Assembly (NCBI GenBank): GCA_945877765.1
Contig: CAMDWQ010000006.1
Location: forward strand, 15,046-79,045
DNA from: Candidatus Omnitrophota bacterium
Lineage (GTDB): Bacteria; Omnitrophota; Gorgyraeia; 2-02-FULL-51-18
Direction: 5' to 3'
Length of the DNA stretch: 64,000 bases
In this document: positions 1-9,148 of the stretch, one piece after another
Numbering within the stretch: the stretch's first letter is position 1
Layout: every line of letters starts with the position of its first letter
Position numbers and translations under genes: made by a program
The notes under the pieces: model-generated
Told to the model about the DNA's origin: nothing
The model's input: the letters and a program-made list of their open reading frames with translations, nothing else
Database searches by the model: none

Positions 1-2
1 TC

Positions 3-158
3 TTGTTTGAAGCTGGTTTTTTTGCGGCGCGCCTCAACGTTGAGATTAACCTCGCCTCCATGAAGGACAAAAAATCGGTATCAAAAATTAAAAGCCAGCT
101 GAGCACAATCGCTGGGCAGGTTGTAAAACTAAAAAAAATAATAGGATGCGCCCCATGA
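3..158 (+). CDS. Partial (3' end) cyclodeaminase/cyclohydrolase family protein (FchA-like methenyl-THF cyclohydrolase)
   Basis: Not in ORF track. Frame 3 reads LFEAGFFAARLNVEINLASMKD...GCAP*, with the A-x-x-N-V-x-I-N-L motif of the FTCD_C/Fch family. The stop overlaps the folD start (ATGA). Confidence 0.7.
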   Translation: MFEAGFFAARLNVEINLASMKDKKSVSKIKSQLSTIAGQVVKLKKIIGCAP

Positions 159-997
159 CGCAGGCCCAGCTTCTCAACGGAAGCCAGATAGCCCAGAAGA
201 GGCTTGCAATCGCACGTCAGAGGATCACCGATCTTCGCGTGAAAGAGCTCACTCTTGCCACTGTCATGATCGGAGAGTCCCAGGATGCGATGGTTTACTC
301 AAGATATTTAACAGGAATGCTTGGCAAGCTCGGAATACGGCTTGTGAGCAAAATATTTCCCGCGGATGCCCAGGAAAAAACAGTATTAAAACAGATTGAG
401 CGCCTCAATAAAGACAAAAAAATCACCGGAATCATGATTTTTTCTCCGATTCCTAAGCACATCAACCCCACCAACGTTTTTGATCAGATCGATATGTTGA
501 AGGATGCTGAAGGACGCACTTTTCTCAAGAGCCATTTGGGCGTTTTTTCGCCGACCGCTCATGCGGTAATCACACTTTTGGATGCGACGGGCATTGATTT
601 CTCAGGAAAAGAGGCGATTGTTGTCGGTAATAGTGATCTGGTGGGCAAACCCACAGCCGTTCTTCTGTCAGACCGTTTTGCCACCGTGACGATCTGCCAC
701 ATCAAAACGCGTGATATTGCTGAGCATATTCGCCGAGCGGACATCGTCGTGGCTGCCGCCGGAAAATCCGAAGTGATCAAGGGGGATTGGCTTAAGACTG
801 GCGCGATCGTCATCGATGTGGGGGAGAATGTTTCCGGCGGAAAGATCACTGGGGACGTAGAATTTGAAAGCGCTAAGACCCGCGCTTCGTTCATCACGCC
901 GGTTCCCGGGGGCGTCGGACCTGTCACCAACGCCATGCTGGTTGAAAATTTAATTCGCCTGTATCAACTTCAAAGGGGGCGCCGTGGAAATCGTTAA
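155..997 (+). CDS. folD: Methylenetetrahydrofolate dehydrogenase (FolD family)
   Basis: VGNSDLVGKP, ADIVVAAAG, IDVG, GDV and TPVPGGVGPVT motifs. Start moved to ATG 155, coupled to the upstream stop. Confidence 0.93.
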   Translation: MTQAQLLNGSQIAQKRLAIARQRITDLRVKELTLATVMIGESQDAMVYSRYLTGMLGKLGIRLVSKIFPADAQEKTVLKQIERLNKDKKITGIMIFSPIPKHINPTNVFDQIDMLKDAEGRTFLKSHLGVFSPTAHAVITLLDATGIDFSGKEAIVVGNSDLVGKPTAVLLSDRFATVTICHIKTRDIAEHIRRADIVVAAAGKSEVIKGDWLKTGAIVIDVGENVSGGKITGDVEFESAKTRASFITPVPGGVGPVTNAMLVENLIRLYQLQRGRRGNR

Positions 998-1850
998 ACT
1001 ATTAGAAAAAAACAAATTTATTATTACTGCCGAGCTCGGACCTCCCAAAGGGACGAACTTGAACAGTTTTTTTAAACAAGCCGCCTATCTCAAAGGCGTC
1101 GTCCATGCGGCGAATGTGACCGACCAACAGAGCGCTCTTATGAAATTAGGCTCGGTGGCAGCCTGTCATCTTCTGAAAGATTTTGGGATTGAGCCGATCG
1201 CGCAGATTGTTTGCCGTGATAAGAATCGCATTGCGCTTCAGTCCGAAGTGCTTTCCGCCGCGGTGTTGGGAATTCAAAACATGCTGGTTCTTACCGGCGA
1301 CCCCGTCAAGATAGGCGATCACCCCGATGCAAAACCGGTTTTCGATGTGGACGCTGCGGATCTAATGGCGCTGATTCAAAAAATGAACGGTGGAATGGAC
1401 ATGACTGATCATCCACTGGACGGGGTGCCTGGAATTTGCGTGGGAGCCGCTCTCAACCCTTGCGTTGACGATGTGGAAACAGAAATCTCCAAGACACGCC
1501 GAAAAATAGAAAAAGGTGCTCAATTTTTTCAAACGCAGGGCATTTTTGAAATTGCCCGCTTTAAACGCTTTATGGATCGCTACCAAAAAGAGGGCTTTAA
1601 AGTCCCAGTGCTAGCAGGAATCATCCCTCTCAAATCCGTAAAAATGGCCAATTTTATGAACGAGAAAATCCCCGGTATTTTTATCCCTCAAGAGATGATT
1701 GCCCGATTTGAAAATCAGCCCCAAGCCAAGAAAGAATCCATCAAAATCGCCTGCGAGATCATTGAAGCCGCCAAGCCCTATTGCCAGGGAGTTCATTTGA
1801 TGGCGATTGGGTGGGAAGAGTTGATTCCTGAGATTGTTCAAAGCATCTAG
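984..1850 (+). CDS. metF: 5,10-methylenetetrahydrofolate reductase
   Basis: TAELGPPKG, NVTD, CRDKNRIALQS, LTGDP, FFQTQ motifs; GTG start overlaps folD. Confidence 0.92.
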   Translation: MEIVKLLEKNKFIITAELGPPKGTNLNSFFKQAAYLKGVVHAANVTDQQSALMKLGSVAACHLLKDFGIEPIAQIVCRDKNRIALQSEVLSAAVLGIQNMLVLTGDPVKIGDHPDAKPVFDVDAADLMALIQKMNGGMDMTDHPLDGVPGICVGAALNPCVDDVETEISKTRRKIEKGAQFFQTQGIFEIARFKRFMDRYQKEGFKVPVLAGIIPLKSVKMANFMNEKIPGIFIPQEMIARFENQPQAKKESIKIACEIIEAAKPYCQGVHLMAIGWEELIPEIVQSI

Positions 1851-2233
1851 CAGCCTTAACTGCCTGATAAAAAAGGCACTTTTCCCATTTAATCAAAAAA
1901 GCTTATCTTAATAAACGTAACCCATTTAATTAGTATGGCTTATAAATCTTTACTTCTATGATAATTTGCTTTTATTGTCTTAAATCGGGAGGATTAGCGG
2001 CCTGTTAAAAAAAGTATGCAGGAGCTATTGACAATATGACAATATCGGGCATACTTCAAATATAGATTAAATAAGTTCCTATGTTTTAAGGTGTTGGGTG
2101 TCTCCAAAACGACAACCCAGTCCTCAGTCCTGCAGTCCTGGGACACGCACCTAATTCACGCATTGTTGGATAATCCTAAGGGGAAAATGCATTCAGACTA
2201 GACCGTACAAAAGTGGCAAATTTAAGGAGCTTT

Positions 2234-3055
2234 ATGAATAAATTTAAACTAGTTTCTCTCGCAGGTCTCGGCATGATTGCCCTCACTATTCCTGTTTTTG
2301 CGGCAGAGAGGTCGACTGTTGCTGACCGCCTAATGCCTGAATCGCGATCTACCCAAGCAGTTGAGGCCGAAGTATCCCAGAAACAGACGATAGAGGATAT
2401 AACTACGCAAATTGCGCATGAGGACCAGAAATTAAACGAGCAACAAAAGTCCGGTGTATCCAATACAAATCAGGCTGGTGGTGGGCTTGGAGCGAAACCA
2501 ACCGCAGAGACTAAGGTTGGTGAGTTAGCAAGCGCTCCCGATAAACCCTCCCTTGGATCTACAAGTCAAGAGCAGCAGGGAACTAATTCCAATACAGACC
2601 CCGTGGGTCTGGAGCCTGCTACCTTTGATAGCTCCCATATCATCGATGGGCAAAGACAACAGCTGCTCGGATCGCTGAGAAGAGGCTTGAGAGAAAAGGA
2701 AGCAGAGAAAAATAAAATAGAAAAGAAATTAGATATAAAAAAGAAGGCGTTGGCGGAGCTTCTTGTTGACACGGATATTGATGCGCTAAAAAAATCGGTA
2801 TATAGTGCTTTTGACGCATACGAGCAAGCCGAAGCTGAGTATGCCGCTATTGATGAAGATGACCAAGAAGGACTAGACGCGCAAAAGAAAATCGTCGAAG
2901 GGCTTCACGAGGTTTATCTCAAAAAGGCGGCTACGTATCAGGCGGCGCGTGAGCTAATAATGGCCATCTATGAATTAGATCTCCAGATTATTAATCTCCA
3001 AAATGAAATAAATAGAATTTTAGCAGATATTAAGAAGGTTGAAGAGCAGCCGTAA
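2234..3055 (+). CDS. Hypothetical secreted protein with low-complexity linker and C-terminal coiled coil
   Basis: AAGGAG SD before ATG 2234; signal peptide ending PVFA; S/T/Q/G-rich middle; heptad-like C-terminal half. Confidence 0.7.
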   Translation: MNKFKLVSLAGLGMIALTIPVFAAERSTVADRLMPESRSTQAVEAEVSQKQTIEDITTQIAHEDQKLNEQQKSGVSNTNQAGGGLGAKPTAETKVGELASAPDKPSLGSTSQEQQGTNSNTDPVGLEPATFDSSHIIDGQRQQLLGSLRRGLREKEAEKNKIEKKLDIKKKALAELLVDTDIDALKKSVYSAFDAYEQAEAEYAAIDEDDQEGLDAQKKIVEGLHEVYLKKAATYQAARELIMAIYELDLQIINLQNEINRILADIKKVEEQP

Positions 3056-3228
3056 AAAAAATCATAAGGGCTTAAATAAAGCAAAGGGGTCAAATCTCCT
3101 CTTGGCTATATTGAAATTTCTCTACCGTCCGGTAAATATAAAATTGTGTAGCTCGCCAAGATATTTGAGGCAGGACGCGAATTTTTTATAAGCTCTGCAA
3201 GAAATGTTAAGATAGGGCTCCTTGAATA

Positions 3229-3260
3229 TGATATATCAATATGATATACTTTTGATATAT
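3229..3260 (+). promoter_or_regulatory. Probable TA autoregulatory operator (TGATATATCA palindrome plus two further TGATATA half-sites)
   Basis: Perfect 10 bp palindrome at 3229-3238 and repeats just upstream of an RHH antitoxin gene. Confidence 0.55.
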
Positions 3261-3277
3261 AAGGGGGTGACCTATTT

Positions 3278-3508
3278 ATGCCTGTAATGACAAAAAGAAT
3301 ATTAGTAAATCTTCCCAGTAAACTATATGAGGATTTGAAGACTTTGGCCAAGGCGGAGTACAAATCTATCTCTGGTGTTATCCGAGAGTCCATTCTTGAT
3401 AAGCTAGAGGGCGGAATCTCAAAGAGCGAGACAGATTTCATTGAGAAGGGCAGATCCGAGCACCGCCAAGGCAAGGGTGTGAATTGGCGATCAGTAAAGC
3501 GTGGCTAG
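3278..3508 (+). CDS. Ribbon-helix-helix (CopG-like) antitoxin
   Basis: KRILVNLPSKLYEDLKTLA...SISGVIRESI RHH pattern; overlaps the downstream RelE-type toxin. Confidence 0.8.
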   Translation: MPVMTKRILVNLPSKLYEDLKTLAKAEYKSISGVIRESILDKLEGGISKSETDFIEKGRSEHRQGKGVNWRSVKRG

Positions 3509-3773
3509 CTACAAAGTCATCCTCCAGTCTCAGCCTGAGAAATACTACCAAAAAACTCAGGCGAAGATCGCCAAGGCGATTGAGAAGTGTTTTGAGTTGC
3601 TTGAAGACAATCCCAGACAGCGTCTAGGAAAACTCAAAGAGCTTAAAGGTTATGACAATGTTTATCGCTACCAGGTAGGACACCTAAGAATCATCTACGA
3701 AATCCACGAGGATAAAAAAGAAGTCTCTGTCATGAGTATTTGGCCGCGAGGAGACGTTTACAAAAAACTATAG
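3501..3773 (+). CDS. RelE/ParE family type II toxin
   Basis: 90 aa basic protein with KELKG...YRYQVGHLRIIYEI...PRGDVYK, typical of RelE. Confidence 0.88.
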   Translation: MASYKVILQSQPEKYYQKTQAKIAKAIEKCFELLEDNPRQRLGKLKELKGYDNVYRYQVGHLRIIYEIHEDKKEVSVMSIWPRGDVYKKL

Positions 3774-3865
3774 AAAATAGGGCCTCTATTTGGATAATAC
3801 TTTTTTGAAGAAATCTAAGAGTTTGATTTGCGGGGATGTGGCAGTAGGTCGAATCGTTTCTTTAA

Positions 3866-3997
3866 ACCAACGCCCCCTAACCCCCTCTTTGAATTAAAGA
3901 GGGGGGAGCGCGCTAATTCCAGATCTTTACAAAAGACAGGGGAGCCCAGCACATTCATACCCCCTCTTTACTAAAGAGGGGGCTAGGGGGCGTTGGT
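3866..3997. repeat. MITE/REP-like element with ~25-40 bp terminal inverted repeats, each carrying a CCCCTCTTT..AAAGAGGGG hairpin
   Basis: Left ACCAACGCCCCCTAACCCCCTCTTT matches the reverse complement of the right end at 24/25 nt. Confidence 0.8.
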
Positions 3998-4118
3998 CAA
4001 AGTAAATTTGGCATTACGTTTGCACCGGACATTGTTCAAGAAATAGGAATAGGCTCAAGCATCCCACTTAAAAAGCCCTCTACGATTCCCACCTGTTCTG
4101 TATTATAATGACAGGCTT

Positions 4119-4970
4119 ATGTTAAAAAATACCTTTTTCAAAAAATCAATCAAGCGCGGCACGAAGTATGTCATGCTCACTGCCTACGACGCCCTGACCT
4201 CCCGTGTGCTTGAAGCGGCAGGGGTTGATTTCATTTTGGTTGGGGATTCGGTAGGCATGGTGCTTTTGGGCTATCCCAACACCTCTTGCGTTACCATGGA
4301 TGAAATGATTCACCACGCCAAAGCGGTGCGGCGGGGGGCTCCCAAAAGTTGTGTGGTGGGGGATTTGCCAAAAAAAGGCGTAGAGAAGGGGCCTAAGCAA
4401 GCACTGTTATCTGCCAAGCGTTTTAGGGATGAGGCAAAAATAAATGTGGTCAAGATAGAGTGGGGAAAAGACTGTCTTCGGTCGACCGAGTCGATCGTTC
4501 GTCAAAAGATTGCCGTGCAGGGGCACGTCGGCCTGACTCCTCAGGCGGTTAAAAATGCTACTGGATTTAGGCTTCAGGGGAAAACAGCAGTCACCGCCTT
4601 AAAAATTTTTAAACAGGCGAAAGCGTTTGAAAGTGCTGGCGCATCACTCCTTCTTTTGGAGTGCATCCCCTGGCAATTAGCTAAACTGATTCAAGAAAAT
4701 GTAAGCATTCCCACAATCGGTATTGGCGCGGGGCCTTACTGTGATGGACAAGTACTTGTGTTTCAGGATTTAATCGGTATGTTTGATCAATTTAAACCAA
4801 AATTTGTCCGGCGGTATGCCGAAACTTCGGCTGAGGTTAAAAAAGCGGTGGTTGGTTACGCTCGCGATGTGCGCCAAAACCGTTTTCCTGGACTGGGCGA
4901 AAGTTTTAGCTTGGACGCTGTGGAGTTTGAAAAATTAAGGCTAGCTGTAAAAAGAGGTCAGACGCGATGA
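4119..4970 (+). CDS. panB: 3-methyl-2-oxobutanoate hydroxymethyltransferase
   Basis: MLTAYD, LVGDSVGM, GHVGLTPQ, IGIGAG, DGQVLV motifs. Confidence 0.96.
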   Translation: MLKNTFFKKSIKRGTKYVMLTAYDALTSRVLEAAGVDFILVGDSVGMVLLGYPNTSCVTMDEMIHHAKAVRRGAPKSCVVGDLPKKGVEKGPKQALLSAKRFRDEAKINVVKIEWGKDCLRSTESIVRQKIAVQGHVGLTPQAVKNATGFRLQGKTAVTALKIFKQAKAFESAGASLLLLECIPWQLAKLIQENVSIPTIGIGAGPYCDGQVLVFQDLIGMFDQFKPKFVRRYAETSAEVKKAVVGYARDVRQNRFPGLGESFSLDAVEFEKLRLAVKRGQTR

Positions 4971-5611
4971 ATTTTCTATTTTTTTTAGCGGCTTTTTTAT
5001 TTTATTTTGTAACCCTTGCTTTTTGTTTTACTCGTTTTGAATCGCGGCATCATCCGGCTCGCTATTTCGTCCTGTTTTCCTTACCCGTAGCAATGCTTGT
5101 TTTTCTTTTTGCTGTTATTTATCTCCACCCAATAACGCAAGACGCCGCTGATCGGGAGCCAACCCGCTGGCTATGGCTGCATTTGGGTCTGATCCTTTCG
5201 GGTTTGGCGGGCCTTCTGACAGCCGTCTCCAGCGCCATGATGTATCTTTTGCAATCCGCACAGCTTAAATCCAAACACCTGAAAAACTATTTTTTTAAAC
5301 TTCCGTCGCTGGATTCTCTGGACCGCGTGCATTTTATTTCACTGGTGTGGGGCTGTGTACTTTTTTCATTGGGAATCTTAAGCGGGATTCTCTGGGCGCA
5401 AAACTTAAAAGAGCTGGGCCAGTGGCTCGGCGACAAGAAAGTCATTCTCTCACTGGCAACTTGCCTGATGTATTGGGGAATTCTTTTTTTACGCTTTTCA
5501 TCCCTGCGCCGCGGGCAAAAAATTGCCATTGGAACTGTTTTTGTTTTTATCCTTTTATTTGTGACGATTGTCAGCTCGCACGACGTGAGTCGTTTTGCCG
5601 GGAGAGTTTGA
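4967..5611 (+). CDS. ccsA: Cytochrome c biogenesis CcsA/HemX-like membrane protein
   Basis: Multiple TM helices, W-x-H, YLLQ...LK...LPSLDSLD, G-x-x-W-A...D-x-K; usual position just before hemA. Confidence 0.75.
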   Translation: MNFLFFLAAFLFYFVTLAFCFTRFESRHHPARYFVLFSLPVAMLVFLFAVIYLHPITQDAADREPTRWLWLHLGLILSGLAGLLTAVSSAMMYLLQSAQLKSKHLKNYFFKLPSLDSLDRVHFISLVWGCVLFSLGILSGILWAQNLKELGQWLGDKKVILSLATCLMYWGILFLRFSSLRRGQKIAIGTVFVFILLFVTIVSSHDVSRFAGRV

Positions 5612-6660
5612 TGGAAATCCTAGTGATGGGTTTAAATCATAAAACGGCGCCGGTTGAAATTCGCGAAAAACTTAGTGTGCCTGCCAATGAGGCGATGGGC
5701 TTTCTAAAGCGTTTTGAGCAAAAGAGGATATTTGACGAGCAAGTGCTTCTTTCGACATGCAATCGCACTGAAATTTACGGTGTCGTCCAAAACCATGCCG
5801 AAGCCGTGGATGCCGCTAAAAGAATTTTGTGTGAATACTCGCATCTGGATTTAGCTTCCTTTGAAGATAAGCTTTATGTGCTTAAACAACCGGATTCGGT
5901 TAGGCATCTTTTTTCCGTGGCCTCAGGGCTTGATTCGATGGTAATCGGGGAAACTGAAATCACCGGTCAGGTGAAGGAGGCTTATCTCGCGGCTCACCAA
6001 AACCGGCACACCGGCAAGGTGCTGAATAATCTTTTTCAGCGCTCCCTGAAGGTGGCTAAGAATTTACGAACTCACACAGAGATAGGTGTTGGCCGTGTCA
6101 GCGTCGCATCGGTGGCAGTGGATCTGGCCGAAAAAATATTTGATGATTTAAAAGGGGTTCGTGTCATGGTCATTGGGACAGGCGAAATGGCGGCGCAACT
6201 TTTAAAAGCTATGACCGGTCACGGCGCACGAGCGCTAATCGTCTCCAGTCACCATGAAGAACGGGCGCGGGAACTTGTACGGGAATTTGGCGGGGAAGCG
6301 GTGCCCTACGAACTCTTTGAGAAAAAAATGGGCGAGGTGGATATTCTTTTAACTTCTACATTTTCCTCTCACTGCATCGTTACTGAAAATCAGGTTCGCT
6401 CCTGGATGAGGGCGCGCCACGACAAACCTCTCTTTCTTGTTGATATTGCTATGCCCCGAAACATAGAGGCATCCACTGAAAAAATGGACAACGTTTACCT
6501 TTACAATATCGATGACTTGAAAGAAATTGCGGATAAGAACAAAGCGCTTCGGGAAGGACAGCTTGAAACCTGCGCCCATCTGGTGCAAGCGCAAACTCAG
6601 TACTTCATGGATTGGCTTTTTAAGGAATTTAACTCAAAGATTGCGGCTTCCGGATCATGA
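5611..6660 (+). CDS. hemA: Glutamyl-tRNA reductase (short, 349 aa)
   Basis: GLNHKTAPVEIRE, STCNRTE, SGLDSMVIGETEITGQ, DIAMPRNI; true start is ATG 5611. Confidence 0.96.
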   Translation: MEILVMGLNHKTAPVEIREKLSVPANEAMGFLKRFEQKRIFDEQVLLSTCNRTEIYGVVQNHAEAVDAAKRILCEYSHLDLASFEDKLYVLKQPDSVRHLFSVASGLDSMVIGETEITGQVKEAYLAAHQNRHTGKVLNNLFQRSLKVAKNLRTHTEIGVGRVSVASVAVDLAEKIFDDLKGVRVMVIGTGEMAAQLLKAMTGHGARALIVSSHHEERARELVREFGGEAVPYELFEKKMGEVDILLTSTFSSHCIVTENQVRSWMRARHDKPLFLVDIAMPRNIEASTEKMDNVYLYNIDDLKEIADKNKALREGQLETCAHLVQAQTQYFMDWLFKEFNSKIAASGS

Positions 6661-7604
6661 AGCCAAAACTAAAAATTATCCGGATTGGCTCAAGAGGAAG
6701 TTTATTGGCTCTGACGCAAGCGCACGGGGTAATGCGAGCTCTTCAGCAAAAAAACCCCAAATATTGTTTCAAGCTTTCAGTGATTAAAACTACCGGCGAT
6801 GTGTATCAAGGGGTAGAGCTTTTTAAAAAAAATAATATCGGTGTTTTTACTAAAGAAATTGAAAAGCGCCTTCTTTCTGGCGATGTGGATATTGCCGTGC
6901 ATAGTCTAAAGGACTTACCTACCGATGTGCCGCAGGGTCTTGTGCTGGCCGCATTTCCCGCCAGACTAGACACTCGAGATGTTTTAATTTCAAAGAAAAA
7001 GTACACGCTTAAAACGCTTCCCAAAAATGCTACCGTTGCCACCGGTAGTCCGCGTCGCAAAAGGCAACTGCAAATTTTGCGTCCCGATCTACGCGTGGTT
7101 GACCTGCGGGGCAATCTCGACACGCGGGTTGGGAGAGTACTTAAAAATGATTTTCACGCGATTGTGGTGGCTCGGGCGGGCCTGTTACGCCTTAAGCGCT
7201 ATCTAAAATACGCCACGCCTATTCCGTCACATCAGATTTTACCGGCGGTGGGTCAGGCGGCGCTGGGTCTTGAGGCTAGGATCGACGATGTGACCACCTT
7301 AAAAATGCTGACTCGTCTGGACCATGCGCCGACCCGGGCGAGGGTAGGCTGTGAGAGAGCCTTTTTAAAAACTCTTCACGGCGGCTGCCGCGTGCCCGTT
7401 GGAGTTAACTCCAAAATTTACAGAGGAAAAATTGAATTACAAGCTTTCGTATTCTCAACGCTTAACAATCGATGGATTTCAGGAATTTTGAGCGGTTCGG
7501 TTAAAAAATATGAGGCCGTGGGAATAGCCCTCGCCAAAAAACTTCTCTCTCGGGGTGCGGGTAAGCTCATGCAAGAAGCGCGCGATGATGGAGCGGTATC
7601 ATGA
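6657..7604 (+). CDS. hemC: Hydroxymethylbilane synthase
   Basis: GSRGSLLA, TTGD, AVHSLKDLP, LRGNLDTR, GGCRVP. Confidence 0.97.
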   Translation: MKPKLKIIRIGSRGSLLALTQAHGVMRALQQKNPKYCFKLSVIKTTGDVYQGVELFKKNNIGVFTKEIEKRLLSGDVDIAVHSLKDLPTDVPQGLVLAAFPARLDTRDVLISKKKYTLKTLPKNATVATGSPRRKRQLQILRPDLRVVDLRGNLDTRVGRVLKNDFHAIVVARAGLLRLKRYLKYATPIPSHQILPAVGQAALGLEARIDDVTTLKMLTRLDHAPTRARVGCERAFLKTLHGGCRVPVGVNSKIYRGKIELQAFVFSTLNNRWISGILSGSVKKYEAVGIALAKKLLSRGAGKLMQEARDDGAVS

Positions 7605-9148
7605 AGGGACTTGTTTCCTTGGTGGGCAGCGGGCCGGGAGATCCAGGGCTTCTAACTTTAAAAGCTCAAGAATGTTTACGCCAAGCGGATCTAATTGTGT
7701 ACGATTATTTAGCAAATCCTGATCATTTACGCCACGCCCAAAAAAATGCGGTTAAAATTGGCGTCGGGAAAGGTTTTCGACACAAACTTCTTTCTCAAGA
7801 AAAAATTAATCGTTTGATTATTTCTTCCGCTCAAAAGGGAAAGCGCGTCGTTCGGCTCAAAGGAGGCGATCCTTATCTTTTCGGCCGCGGCGGGGAGGAA
7901 GCACTGCTTCTTGAAAAAAACAAAATCCCATTTGAGGTTGTCCCCGGAGTCACAAGCGCCACGGCCTGTGCGGCATATGCTGGGATTCCTCTGACTCACC
8001 GAGATCATAATTCGTCGATTACATTTTTGACTGGGCATCGCGCTCAAGATGATAGCCTTGACTCCATCCCTTGGAAGAAAATTGCGGGCATTGGCGGCAC
8101 GCTGGTCATTTACATGGGATTGTATAATCTTCCCAAAATCGCCAAACATCTGATTCTTGCGGGAATGCCGCCTGCTACCGCCGTTGCCGTCATTCAATGG
8201 GGAACGCTTCCGCAGCAGAGAACGGTGGTAGCGCCGCTAGGAGACATTGCGCTAGCGGTTAAAAAATCCAAGCTGGGGCCTCCCTGCATCATTTTAATTG
8301 GCGACGTGGTATCGCTAAGAAACAAGCTTGGCTGGTTTGAAAAATTACCGCTTTTTGGAAAAAAAATTCTAATCACGCGGGCGCCTGACCGGGCAGGCTC
8401 GTTTCGCCAGCAATTGACTGGCTTGGGCGCCGAAGCCATCGAAATGCCTCTCATCCAGATAGAGGAGCCGCCTGATTTTAAAAAAATGGACCAGGCTATC
8501 AATGATCTCAAAAAAGGCGATTGGGCAGTTTTTGCCAGCGCTTATGGGGTGGAGGCTTTTTTTAAAAGGCTTCACTTTCTGGGGCTAGACACACGCTATC
8601 TTGCTGGGATACACATTGCCAGTGTCGGAACAAAAACAAGCGCCGCCCTTCTAAATCATGGCGTCAATACCGATTTAGAACCTGAGCAATTTGAAAGCGC
8701 TGCTATTCTACGGGCGCTAAAAAAAGGCAAAAAAGAGATTAAAAACAAAAAATTTATTTTATTTAGGACTAATATCGCACCGCCCGATCTTGAGCAAAAT
8801 TTAAAAAAAGCGGGCGCTCTGGTGAAGCCTGTGACGGCCTATTGCACAACAACCCCCAGCAAAATTTCGGCGGATCTTAAGAAAATGGTTTTGAGGGGCG
8901 AGGTCGATTTTGCAGCATTTACCAGCGCATCGACTGTAGAGGGATTTGTAAAGCACTTTGGCGCCAAGAGTGCGCGCAAAATCGCTCTTAAGACACATTT
9001 TTTAAGTATTGGCCCAGTGACTTCAAAAGCGCTAAAATCTTACGGACTGACGCCGTATTTGCAAGCCAAGACGTTTACGGTGGACGGACTGCTGGAAGCT
9101 CTGATTTTGGACCAGACCAAAAAAATGAAAAAAAAGAGAAAGCGATGA
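7601..9148 (+). CDS. cobA: Uroporphyrinogen-III C-methyltransferase / uroporphyrinogen-III synthase fusion (CobA-HemD)
   Basis: VGSGPGDPGLLT, RLKGGDPYLFGRGGEE, VPGVTS, followed by a HemD domain (ITR, FTSASTV, SIGPVT). Confidence 0.95.
   Translation: MKGLVSLVGSGPGDPGLLTLKAQECLRQADLIVYDYLANPDHLRHAQKNAVKIGVGKGFRHKLLSQEKINRLIISSAQKGKRVVRLKGGDPYLFGRGGEEALLLEKNKIPFEVVPGVTSATACAAYAGIPLTHRDHNSSITFLTGHRAQDDSLDSIPWKKIAGIGGTLVIYMGLYNLPKIAKHLILAGMPPATAVAVIQWGTLPQQRTVVAPLGDIALAVKKSKLGPPCIILIGDVVSLRNKLGWFEKLPLFGKKILITRAPDRAGSFRQQLTGLGAEAIEMPLIQIEEPPDFKKMDQAINDLKKGDWAVFASAYGVEAFFKRLHFLGLDTRYLAGIHIASVGTKTSAALLNHGVNTDLEPEQFESAAILRALKKGKKEIKNKKFILFRTNIAPPDLEQNLKKAGALVKPVTAYCTTTPSKISADLKKMVLRGEVDFAAFTSASTVEGFVKHFGAKSARKIALKTHFLSIGPVTSKALKSYGLTPYLQAKTFTVDGLLEALILDQTKKMKKKRKR

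Noticed and set aside
5347-5610. N-terminal extension of HemA in the ORF track (likewise for ParA, MFS, NadE, GshB)
   Set aside because: The extensions overlap upstream genes or promoters and lack homology; downstream ATGs match family starts.
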